A DNA stretch of 64,000 nucleotides from Vicugna vicugna (lineage: Eukaryota). Made by a program: the position numbers and the translations under genes. The notes beneath the pieces were generated by a model. It had not been told where the DNA came from and ran no database searches. It saw only the letters and a list, made by a program, of their open reading frames with translations. The stretch is taken from contig MU058221.1 in the NCBI GenBank assembly GCA_013265495.1, positions 372,001 to 436,000 on the forward strand. Reading direction: 5' to 3'. Position 1 is the stretch's first letter, and every line of letters begins with the position of its first letter. Positions 24,887 to 36,465 of the stretch are shown one piece after another.

Positions 24887-25705
24887 CTTCCTCCGTACTC
24901 TGGAGGATATAGGAAGAGCTAGGTGAGCTACCAAATGCTTTAAAATTACGTACTTGAAGGAGAAAATTGCAACATCCATGAAGCAGCTATTCAACATTTC
25001 ACACATTTCTGCACAGACAGCACAATATTTTGTTTGATTACTTGATAGAGCATTACAAATGTGCAAAAACGGGCTTCCCTGGGCCATATAAATGCTCATT
25101 CATTTGTTTTACCTACTAAGAGAAAGAGGACTTAAATATATAAATTCAAAACATACAAGATTACCAGTGAGGAATAAAGAAGGGAGACAGATGAGAATCA
25201 TTCTTCTAAAAGGAGAAAAAAAACATTGACTATATAATATAAAAAAGCATGACACAAATCTCTTGTGATTTCCAACATCACAATTATCTACCCATCATAC
25301 TCTGTGTGAGTAAGTAAACACAGAATCCCAGTTTTGTACAAACCATGGTAAAATATTGAGAACAGATACTCTGCTTATGTAGAGTGTGTGCTCTATGCAT
25401 TGTTTGTAAAATTACTCTGATCAAAAGCTCACATATTTACTTTTGATTAAAAATTAATCACTTCTGTTTTAGAGTAGACTATGTTCTGGGAAGTTACATT
25501 TTTTAGATATTAGGATTTTATACGTACACTAAAATCTCCCTTGCCTTCACATAGCTCTTCATTAAACACACAACAAGCTCTTAAATGTACTCTGTGGAAA
25601 AGTATCTCTACAGGTTCTCAATAGTTGTTATTTCAATGAAGAATATTTCACGATTCAATAATATTGGGAAATAATGAATTCCAACACCTTCCTTACTATA
25701 GGGAT

Positions 25706-26330
25706 TCTCATAGATTTTCATCTGCGAATGAGCACTGAGAACGTCTAGGAGGGTGGATAAAACACACAGCTTGCCCTTGAGGTTGCTTGACCTTGGAACA
25801 CTTTTGTGCGAAGCACATCGCGGGACTGAAGGAGCAGGAAGCTACCAAAATGGCTTCCCTGATGCTAAAGCTGTCTGCCGATCCATTCTGACCTAAAGCT
25901 CTTGCAACTTGTTTTTCTCTTTTCTCTGACAAACCCCCAAGCTTTCAATTACGCTCTCTACTCCCTAGACATTCTTCACCCAGAATAGCTTATCCTTTAA
26001 CCCAGAAGCTGTGTTCCAAGAAGGTGGTCATGGGCTGACAGCGTCAGAAGAATACAGAGTTTCCTCATGACTCCAGGTGGATTCATCAAAACTAAGACGA
26101 ACACAGCACCTCAGAGAAACACCCTGTTTGTTGTTGCCTTTCTGTTCTGCCCAGCTTTTCTGGGAAACCTCAGGACACAGCCCCAAGACGAATCACAGTC
26201 TGAGGCACTACCCTGCTGACGCCCCTTCGCCTGGCAAAGCAGTAAAGCTGCTCTTTTCTGATTCTCCCAGAACTCTGCCTCCAGGTCTCAGTTTGGCCAT
26301 CGGGGTACAGAGCTTGGTTTTTCAGCAACA
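25706..26330 (+). mobile_element. ERV solo LTR
   Basis: Ends ...gcagtaaagctgctcttttc...tttcagcaaca; 4-bp TSD ggat at 25702-25705 and 26331-26334. Confidence 0.65.
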
Positions 26331-26408
26331 GGATTAGTGTAAAACCAATTTGGGGAATAACTGTTGAATCCTGCATTCTGCAGCTGGTGCTTGGTTTGGT
26401 TTTCTATC

Positions 26409-26780
26409 TGCTGTGGATTGACCTGTACTCCCCCAAGGCCACACATCAAAGCCCTACCCTAGAGTCGGGCTGTGTTTGGAGACGGGGCCCACAGGAGGTG
26501 AGAAAGGTTAAGTGAGGCCACATGGGTGCAGTCCTGATCTGAGAGAATTTGTTTATTGATAAGAGGAGACACTGAAGAGCCCACGCTCGCTCTCTGCTGT
26601 GAGAGGAGCATCAGGGAAGTGACTGACTGCTTGCAAGCCAGGACGAGAACTCACACCGGAAACCAAACCCTGCCGCAGCCTTGATCCTGGGCTCTCCAGC
26701 CTCCAGAACTGAGAAAACAAATTTCTGTTTAAGCCAAATAGTCTACGGTATTTTGTCACGGCAGCCCAAGCAGAGTAGTG
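26409..26780 (+). mobile_element. MaLR LTR (MLT1A-like)
   Basis: tgctgtggattga...aggttaagtgaggcca...ccagcctccagaactgagaaaacaaatttctgtttaagcca...ggcagcccaagcaga. Confidence 0.88.
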
Positions 26781-27589
26781 CGTTGCCTGATTAATCCGTG
26801 CATCAGTCATCTTCCATCAGATTCCCTCTCAGCATCCAAAATCAAGTGAGTGGCCCCCTAAAAGGACACAGCCAAGCGCAAGAATTTAGATAATGTGGCT
26901 GTTTTTGACCTTAGGGTGCACTTATCACATAGTTCTTCTTACGCATTTTTATTCTTGTATCATTTTGAAAAATAAGTAATACGGAGTTTAGAAATTCTAA
27001 AATCCATTCTAACACCATGATCAATTCCTTGGCTCTGCTAAGGACATGACTTAGGATAAACCAAGGTCCATGTTTGGTCCTCTCACCAACCCTTCCCCCA
27101 GAACCTTATTTCCTGTCTGAGGATAACCTCTGACCTAGAAAACAGAGGAGTGAATGACGTTGCTTGAGGCTAGTGGCGGATCAGGGATTTGTCAGCTTGG
27201 ATAATCAAGGCTGCCTGTATTACTGCGTGCTCTCTGGTGATTTATTATGATTTTGCACTGCCTTGCACAGTAGAAACAATGGGTCTAATCTCCTCCAGGG
27301 GAAATGGAATGTCGTATGGAGAGATCTATTTTCCATTCATGATACCAGGTTCTTATCATTCTAATTATTCATTCTCATTTAATTCAGATGAATTTGACAT
27401 TTGCTTAATTATTAGTGAAATTAAAATATATTGAGTACCCGATTTAAAAAAAGAAAAGCCTTCCTGCATCTCGGAAGTGAGGGCACATAATGTCGCTTGT
27501 GCAATATGGAAATAGCTACCTGCAAAGGTGCGTGCTTTTCTCGGTAGGCAGAGGGAGAGCATTCCTTGACTCAGCATTTCCCAGGTGAG

Positions 27590-27800
27590 TTCCATGAACG
27601 TTAGTTCTGCGGGGTTTTGTTAGGTTGTAGATTAAGGAAGGACGTTGTGTTTGGACACATGTAGAAAACCCAGAGTTAAGCAAAGTCAAGTGGGTTTTTG
27701 ACCACAATATTTTCTGATATTCTTTAAACGTTAAAGTGCCTTGTGAATCTCCAAAGGGGGCACGTCACACGCAACATTCTATGAATTCAGTTTGAACTTC
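27590..27800. mobile_element. hAT-Charlie fossil
   Basis: gagttaagcaaagtcaagtgggttttt...gtgccttgtgaatctccaaaggggg resembles a recalled Charlie-family MITE. Confidence 0.45.
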
Positions 27801-28054
27801 TGCTGTGGTGGCTGTTGCTGACTCTGTTTTGCTTCTTTGCTTTCACAGGAAGCGTCTTCCAATAGTGCCACACGGCACCTTTTAGAAAATGCTCCGTGCG
27901 TCACGGTGCAGGCCTCTCCTTGCACGATGTTTCCACTTAAGTCAGTTCTTATTTTAAAGATTTATTTAACAGACATTCTAAGCAAATGTCAAATACAAAG
28001 TCTGAGTCTTTATAGAGTTTCCAGCACCTGGGGACGTGACTATCTCTGCTGCAC

Positions 28055-28248
28055 AGCAAGCGGTCCTCAGAACGTGGTCCTCAGAGTGCCGCCAGCAGCA
28101 GCGCCTGGGGCTTCCTGGCGGTGAGCTTCCCCAGAACCCGCCCGGCTCCCTGTGTCTCACCTGCTGGGAGTGGTCCCACCCGCCTGTCTTTACAGGCCTT
28201 TCAGGTAGTTGTCATCATGCGAGCATCTGAGAACCTGAGAACCACTGA
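28055..28248. mobile_element. MER5A, GC-shifted
   Basis: agcggtcctcagaacgtggtcc...cagcagcagcgcctgggg...tgagaaccactg. Confidence 0.75.
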
Positions 28249-29628
28249 CTTTGCATATTATGACCAAAACAGTGACTCAGCCCTCCACTGAGTAGAATGG
28301 GCGACTTTTTGGAAACTGGGTTGTACCCCTGGATTAGCCACAAGCTCAACCATGTTAGATGGGAAGTTGAGTAGCTACTAGCAGGGCATCACATCAAGAG
28401 ACTAGAGCGCCTGCCCCAGAGGTAGTACCCAAGGCTGGTCCAGCAGGGCGCACTGGACGTTTGAGCAGCTGAGGTCATTGAGAGGCGAGCAGAGCAGGTT
28501 TGGTTACAATAATGATGGATTCCTAGGTGGAAATCAGGTGCCTGGTAACATGACACTGCAGGATCCTAGAGATGTGCCCGAGAGAACTCGGAATTCCAGG
28601 GAACAAAACACTGTTGTTATAGGAACAGTGCTGAGGCCAAGGCCGTGACATTGCAGGTGTGCACTTGAACTGGGTGAGATTGAACCTCAAGGTCAATGAT
28701 AGGTAACCTGCGTTTCTGAGCTTGGACTGGTAATGCTTTTCTGAATTAAAGGAAATCCACCGTCATAAAGTGGAGTGTGGCAAATACGCCTTTGCGAGAG
28801 GCCACGAGGCCTCAGAACTTAGAGAGGTGCAGAGACAAGGAGCTTGGCAGAGACCCAGACCGGTGATCGCCACAAGAGCCTTGGATCGTCAGCTAAGTAA
28901 CGCTGTGTGGCTGCCGTGTAGTCAGTCTGCAGAGCAGAGTGAACGAGCGGCCTCTCTCTGCTTCTCTTTACTGCCTGGCTGTCTGTGGTCCTTTAATAGC
29001 TCCCCCGGTGAACGGCCCTGCTTTCACTTCTCCCTCAAGCAGGGACACACACTGCAGATCGCACGACTTCAGTGTTCTTCTGCCCGTTCCTGCAGATGGC
29101 CCTTTGCAGATACGACACTGATACTGAATTCCACGTGTGCTTCGACTAGTAAATTTAGAGTCGACCAATAACATTCCTTATTTAGGACATTCCTATGATT
29201 TCTTTTCCCTTAGGTGGCCTTATTTCACTATTGAGTAATGATAAGCTATCTGTCAACCAAAATTTCGGAATTTAATCCACATGCATGGATGCTCGTAAAA
29301 CGCAGTTTACAGCCTGGGGTACTACATGCTCTCCCGTCTCAGTTTCATGACATGAGTCACTTTGTAGTGTAGATACGATGAAAAAGAAAACTGATAAAAG
29401 TGTGGCGTCAAGACCAAGGACAGACGCCAGGGGCATCCTTCTAGAGGCCTCCTTCCCCTCACACGCGTCATTATTGAGTGAAAGTATTTGAAATATTACA
29501 ACTTAGGTGACTTTTAATTTTGAAAGTGCTTGGGGCTTTTGGCATTCTGCAATGATGACTTATTGTTTACATCTGTGGGTGCAGAAGGTCGTGTGAAATG
29601 TCGTCGGGTGAAAATTTAACCATGGTTA

Positions 29629-29631
<3 letters not shown>

Positions 29632-29659
<28 letters not shown>
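29632..29659. repeat. (GT)14 microsatellite
   Basis: Seen directly in the sequence. Confidence 0.95.
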
Positions 29660-31999
29660 CAAGCTTTTGATTTTACATATTTAGACAAAAGCAAAGTCAG
29701 CATTACTAAGGATATTTATGAAAAGCATTAATTAGAAGGTTTGAATAATTGACTATTCCAGTCTATGTCACGTTCATAATTCTTTTCAGGCACGGTTTTT
29801 ATGGCCTTGCTCTGTAAGTGCTCCATGTTACTCCTCGACCTGCAAAGCCCTCGGAGGTTAAATATATATAACAGTCTAAAATCAAATTACCCATAGGGTG
29901 GTCTTGAAATAAAGCGTAACTTGTTTGGGAGCTCTTTAACTTTTTAACATGGAAAATGGGTATAATCAAAATACTTCTTGAATTTTAGAAGACAGTAAAA
30001 AATCCTCTACCCGGAGGAAAAGGATTCAAAACGCCTCTAAGGGTGTGACGTATTTCTTCCCCTGTACACTAGGAGAATGCCAAGTATGCCCTTTGACGCA
30101 CTGAACGGCACCGTGTAATGTGGTCACAGTTCCAAGTTACAAACACTCTTCCATGTTGAGGGAGAGGGACTCTGGGGCAATCAGTTTGCTCAGCAGAGCA
30201 CTTGGACGAACCAGGAAGGGCGGTGGAAGTGACACAAGTGACAAGGTGGCTCCATACTCTTGAAGCGTCCAGACAGCAGTTCAGTCTGAGTGGTGAGGGA
30301 CAGAAGCCTTGTGTCCTTGGTTACGCCAGGCTTTCGGCATAGCCGTGACTGCTTTGTGGGCTTAAGGACCAACAATCCACTATTTCGATCTTAAGTCCTC
30401 TGTTGAAAGCTGTTTTCTCTAAGTATCTACTTGACCCCTCATCCAACACCAAGCCTGAATTTTTCCACTAAGACCTTTTCCAAGCTACTCAAGCAGAGGG
30501 TGTTTTCGGGTTTTCGGTTTGCTGGCTGGTTTGGCTTTCTATTTAACCATCAATAGATTCCCAAAGCTCGGTGTGAAATTGTTCTGGGATATGTGAATGC
30601 TATTTAAAAAAGTCTCCAAATGTTTACGTATTCAGAAGGTACAGCGTTTTTATAATACTATTTCTTTTGCTAGCATTTCACTGTTTCACATTAGACTTGC
30701 GGCAACTGTTGGCCAAATATGCCAGTTTTATAATAATATAAATAAAATAATATAAATAATTCATAATATAAAGAATATTACTGATTCAGGACACTTATTT
30801 TTACTTACAAGAAATGGAAATAAACAGAGCAAATTGCTGATTTAAGCCAAATTTGATGAAGGCTTTTTGTTTTGACCTCTAGGAAGTCACCCCGGCAGAC
30901 GTAGGGCGGCAGACGGGATACACGGGGGACGGATAGATGGAGACGAGGGGAAGAGCCAGAACAATTCTCGTTACTTGGGCAGACAGCCCAAAATGTTCTG
31001 CTACAAATCTATTAAATAATTCTTAAATAAAAAGTCAGAATGCCAAAAAAAAATCTATCTTTAACTTTTAAAGTCACAGTCAATTCACGCTACTTGAAAG
31101 GTTAGGAAACATACCCGGATAGCACATAATCTAAATTATAAATGTTAACAGGAGACTTACCAGACAGCAGCAGCCTGCATTCTAACGTAAAACTTCCTTT
31201 AATTGAATTTTATTTAATATGACATAATTTTTTTATCAATTAAGATAGAATTTAACTTCCAGTGTAATTTAAAACGGTAGTAATTCAGGCTGATTTTGAG
31301 AAAACCATATTCAGTACTCTGTGTTAGTTTACTTTGATGCAAAGGTATTGGCATGGCTCTTCTATTATTATTTTAGTAGAATTTGGAATTAAATGGATGG
31401 CAGCTATCAATTTACTTCTTCAGAAATTCACTGGCATCACTATGTACTAGCACCTTTCAGAATGCAAAATCTAACCCCACAAAGGACAGCACAAAATACA
31501 TAATTTCAGTTTATTTTCCAAATGGCACATCGGATGAGCGGCTGGATCAGGATGACGTCCAGAGTGAACCGGTGAGGTGGGGAGATACAGCGTCACAGCA
31601 CTAAGGAAGTCAAGGGAAGATGGTTCGGCTGACGTGGGCACAGGTGGCTCCTTTGTTAAAAGGTCCTATGTTTCTTGCAGGTTGTTATCAACATACACAT
31701 GATTCTTTCTCTACTGGAAGACCATTCAACATTCAACCCTTTCATGGATACTTTTTTCTCATATTGTTATCTAATTTTATTTGAATTACATCATCTCTAA
31801 AAATAGTTATGAAAGCAGTTAATGCATAAGATATCTCATACTTCTTTCCTGCATCTCGTGGGGCTTCCCCGTCTTAGGGTAGAACACGCAGAAGGCACTT
31901 GATAGACACCAACACTGTCTTCTTGGATTGCTCTGCTACAGTCTGGATTCTACAATGCAGAGACCAAGCACTCAACATTAGGTGGGCTGTGGTGTACCA

Positions 32000-32928
32000 A
32001 CCACAAAATAATATATTTATTTTTTCCAACATGTTTTCTTTTATTGATTAAAAACTACACAAGAGCTAACTGGTAATTTAGAAAGCAATGTTACACATCA
32101 TCTTGTGTTTAGAAATTTGCCATCTTGGTGGTTTCGCTCATTGACCACATGGCCATTGCTCCCCCTGCACCCCCAGTCCAGTGAGAATATTGCTGACGGT
32201 CTTCCCATTTGGAAGTCTTCAAAGACTGCTGGTAGGCTAAAAAACCAAAGCTCACACTGTGTACACTGTGCCTTGAAGGATCATTCCCCAGATTTGATTC
32301 GATTTTTCATTCCAATAGTTTTTTTTTTTTTTTTCAAACTTTGTGGTCAACTTTGTTTCTTTGCCGTCAGTGGTAAAGCAAATTTTCTTTTGGTACAACA
32401 TAGGCTCGGACGCCCATGCTTAGAATTGGAAACGGAATCACTTGACCAGGAAAAAATAAAGTAAAATAAAACAACAAGAACAAATGATATTTCTAAAAGA
32501 AAAATGAAACGGAAGCAATTGAAATAAAGGCTGTGAGCTACACGCACGTCACAAGGAAAGCTGCGCGGTTCCCCAGCGTCCCACCCACCCCTGGTGTGAC
32601 GCCCCCGCCCCGCCCGCGGCGGTTCTCCAGCCCAGGAACCATGCAGGGTAGAAAAAAGCCAGATACACAAGGAGCCTATATGCAGCCAGGGCGGGATCTA
32701 TTTTTCCTAAGAACCGGACGCTCGTACTATGTACATCCGGGAGTACTTCCGTTGGTTTGTTTGTTCGATGTCTTAAAGCAGAGCGAGTGGCGCAGCTCCC
32801 CGGCCCCGCGGGCGCGCGCGGCCTCTGCGCGCAGCTGGGTTCCTGCCGGCCGGCCGCGCCCGCCGGCGCCCCGCGTCCTTGGCTCCGAGGCCGCCCTGCC
32901 GCGTCGAGACCCCGGGGCGGCCCCGCTG
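32000..32928 (-). other. LRRTM4: LRRTM4 3' UTR (long isoform), approximate
   Basis: Stretch free of recognisable repeats between the TAG stop and the tandem polyA signals. Confidence 0.65.
32016..32045 (-). terminator. LRRTM4: Tandem AATAAA polyadenylation signals of LRRTM4 long isoform
   Basis: TTTATT on + at 32016-32021 and 32040-32045; GU-rich ttttgtggttggt downstream on the minus strand (about 31995-32008); about 0.9 kb past the stop codon. Confidence 0.6.
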
Positions 32929-33260
32929 CTAGTTCGTTATCCTCTCCAGGTAGAGGGCCGGCGCCGCCGACCTGGCGATGGTGGCGATGAAGCCGCGGTC
33001 GTGCCCGAGCTCCAGGCCGGGGGCCTCGTCGCGCTCCGGGCGCACGGCCCCGCGGCCCCCGCCGACCCGGAGCGGCTGGTGAGCCGGGCAGTACCCGAGC
33101 GCCGGCTGCTCGAAGCCGTAGTGCGGCGGGGGCCTCACGTGGCGCAGCATCTGGTGGGAGAGAGAAAGGCGGGCTGTGAAAACGCTCTGGGTGAGAGGAG
33201 CGCGCGCACGGGCGCGCGGCTTGCTCCCCTTCCGGAGTCATCAGCTGCCGATCCAGCTGC
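32540..33260. other. CpG island / GC peak over the LRRTM4 last exon and proximal 3' UTR
   Basis: Abrupt, extremely GC- and CpG-rich block with AT-rich sequence on both sides. Confidence 0.85.
32929..33150 (-). CDS. LRRTM4: Terminal coding exon of leucine-rich repeat transmembrane neuronal protein 4, long isoform (last 73 aa of the cytoplasmic tail)
   Basis: Acceptor ctttctctctcccaccag|ATG (phase 0). The peptide [27 protein letters not shown]...[30 protein letters not shown] aligns without gaps to the human LRRTM4 long C-terminus as I recall it ([27 protein letters not shown]...[30 protein letters not shown]). The ATG is internal, not a start codon. Confidence 0.93.
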   Translation of the reverse strand: [73 protein letters not shown]

Positions 33261-34137
33261 TAGAGAGCAGTTACCGAGATAAGGACGACTAGTATTTAAC
33301 TCGGCGTTGTTTTGTCCATTCATACACAAAGGATTTATACTCACTTTGCATATAAAATGATACATAAAGGGTTTTCAGTGCCTGCTCTATTACCCGGCCC
33401 TCCGTCATTTATTACCTGTCACCAGGGAGGAAGTTAGACACAACCTACTTCCCATCAACAGGGAATTTTAAAATGTATTATGTACTCGTGCATTTGAGTG
33501 CAGATAATACCAAGATTGGGGAGTATTAACCTGTGTAATATGACAAGATACTACATTAAGTGAAAAAAATTAAGGCATAAAGAATGTATAGTATGATCCA
33601 TTTTGTGAGAATAAAACTGTAAACATAGATTTTTTTTTACTTTTAAAATGTCTTTATATACAATTGAAGTCTTTATTAGGGTATATAACTTTCATTTAAT
33701 TTTTTTTTGAGTGACAGTTTCTCGATTATTTCCAACAACCCTGTAATTTCTGGATAAGAGCACCCTGAAATCATGGAAGTGGGCACATCTTTGTATTTAT
33801 GGTGTGTAATACTATAGATTTTAAGCTAAGAAGCTAAAACGTGTCTTAATGTTCAAATAATAGATCTGAATAATGATCTACAGAAAGCTTATTAATGGGA
33901 AAAGCTGAAAATGTTTAAACTATAGTAATTTTGATTCTTTGTGCAGCTTTTTATTAAACCACACATTCCTGATAAAGAAAAATATGTCTCAAAGTTAGAA
34001 AAAGGAAAATAATGATTGCTTAACTCTTGATCCCACACTAGAGCTTTCTCATGCCCCCCTAGATCCAAACTGACACTCTCAGTAAGTCCACAGATGAGGA
34101 ATTTCAAAGGCTTCACCATCCTGTGAGGTTAGAGGCT

Positions 34138-34640
34138 GTGGCAAGTTAAACTCTCATCTCCTGGTTCCGGCCCTCCCTCTGCAGTCCGCTGTGACAATGC
34201 TGGACAACAGCTTTGGAAACCACCTTTGTGTCTGACCTGCTGCTCCCTGTGAGACCTTGCCAGTGGGGACCCCTGGAGGAAGTGGCAAGACTAGAGGAGA
34301 CAGAGGGGATTGCTCCTCTGGTGGGCTTCCTCTCTGCTTTTTCCTGTCCCAGGCATTTACCCCGACATCACGTCTTCGTTCTGGCTGTAGCAGCGCCTTT
34401 CCATAACCGCAGATCATTCCAGGTTGTAGTCTTTGCAACACTTGGTCCCCTCATGTCTCCCTCAGAGCCTCCAGCACCCAGGGAGCCTGGGGTTCATCTC
34501 CCAAAGCTCTTCCTCCAAATGTTTAATTGTAATGATTCCGGCATCTCCCTTTATTTCTTCCCTTATTTCTGTAATTAGTCCTACAGGTGGCAGGGGTGGC
34601 AGTTATAGCCTGAAGCTGCTGTTTTTGTTACACTGTGACA
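34138..34640 (-). mobile_element. ERVL-type LTR (LTR33-like)
   Basis: gctgctccctgtgagaccttgccagtggggacccctggaggaagtggcaagactagaggag resembles the recalled LTR33 family. Confidence 0.5.
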
Positions 34641-36423
34641 CTATCGTTTGGTCTTTGCACGAATTGAGCTAATAGTTCCCTGCGTACTTACTAGCACTTC
34701 TGTATACAGTTCTTGTTAAAATCACATTCTTCCAGTTACCATAAATCCCTCAAACGGTCTCTACGCTAGGTCTTGTGCTTTCTTCCTGGTACCTCATTAA
34801 TGTGTTAAATAAAGTTTTGACACAAATTCGCTATCAGTTTGTATAATAATTAGGTTTTTAATACCTCTATGCTTGTTAAAAGTCACCTCCTCGCATTATT
34901 AAAGATGTAGATCAAAGGAGCGTCTTCTATGTCAGGTCACAACTCATTAGTGGGTTACAAAATCAATGTAATGAATCCAGATAAACATTTTAAAAATAGA
35001 ATCAACTAGAATAGAAGGTATCAAGAGTATATCACATGAGTATGTTTGTAGTTTCATGAAATAAGCTAATTTGTTTCACAAAAATTTCGTTCCAGGTTTG
35101 TGTGTACATATGAGTGTGTGTCTACTGAGTCGTACTGTGAGTTTTTAAAGAAAATTGGGATTCACAATAAAAGATGTTTTTAAAAATAATCAAAGCACAT
35201 ATTCAGATTACAGTTCATTTTAACGTGATTAGCAATGGCTTGAATACATTTCCATTCTGCTTTTACTATTCTTTTTTTCCCTAAGCCATAATTCACTGTT
35301 TTTCTCAACAAGTGAGAAAATTAAACTAATATATATTGCTTAGTTTTTTGGATGAGGCTTTTAAGAATTTCTTACCAAACAAGATATTGATATAACATAG
35401 AATATACAATTCTGTTCTCAAAAAAATCTGAAAAATACATACTAGGTCAAAGTTGTGATTTATACAGAAATGTTTTAGACATTAGACATTCCTTTCTATG
35501 CTGACAGTAGAAGCGGGGAACAAATTTTGAGACAATATGGCTGAATTACTAAATACTAAATATAAATTAAGGTCTTCCCCAAATCTGTAATGTTTCTCTC
35601 TCTCTTTTGTTTTTCTTACTCATGTAGACCGCTCCTTATAGCTCAGTCCAGCCCCAGACCTGCAGTGCTGGCCAGCAAGCTCTCGTTTAGGAAATGGCAT
35701 CGGGTTCTGCACCCGATGTGCACCCAGGGTACTGACAGGAGGAGACATCTGCGACTGGTGTCGTGGATCACCACAACTCTGAAAAAGCGTGGAAATGAAA
35801 GCACGTTGCTCTGACATTTCAGCAATAAGAATTTCATGAAGAAGACCTTCATAAAGAGTTAGTGTCCACTTTTATTTGTATTACTACTATTGTAGGTGGA
35901 ATAGTATAACTCAAAACATTAAAAAAAAACCTCATCAAGTTATTTCAAATGACAGCAACATTCACTGGTATAAAATATTTTTTGCACATTTTTATTTAAA
36001 GGGATGACTCATTGTCTCCAAATTAACCAAGTTACTAAAAGACATCAAAATAAACATTAAGCATGGGATTTGATTTTGTCCAGTCTTATAGCCCCATGGA
36101 GAGTATTGTTACAGTCACTGCAGTGAGAAGACATTTGAATCTACAAACATGTATGATCAGAGAATGTGAGCATGAGACAGGGTCTTAAAGACCCTTCTGA
36201 AAGCCAGGTTAATCTACAGATGAAAAACATTAGCTCATATGTAAACAGGATTGAATTTCCAATAGGAAATAAAACCTCGAAAGTTGAACTGCACTGGGAA
36301 TGAACAATCCCATGCCTAAGATGCCACACCATGGCATTGTCTTCAAGTGAAGTTGATTCAAGTGTCAAGGGACCTGCCTTGACTTCAGACACTTGTTGTA
36401 TAGATTGTACCATCTCTGGACTT

Positions 36424-36465
36424 GGAAAATTTGATTTGCTGTTAGGAAAATTTGATTTGCTGTTA
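36424..36465. repeat. Perfect 21-bp tandem duplication (ggaaaatttgatttgctgtta)x2
   Basis: Seen directly in the sequence. Confidence 0.95.

Noticed and set aside
32929..33150. Standalone 73-aa microprotein gene starting at ATG with a CpG-island promoter
   Set aside because: The ATG directly follows a strong splice acceptor and corresponds to an internal Met of LRRTM4.
32533..33282. 249-aa (+) and 230-aa (-) ORFs overlapping the LRRTM4 exon
   Set aside because: Shadow and alternative frames caused by 97% GC3; only the 73-aa frame resembles a known protein.
34578..34595. CTCF-like motif cctacaggtggcag (similar one near 11340)
   Set aside because: Mismatches at core positions and located in or next to LTR fossils; not supportable from sequence alone.
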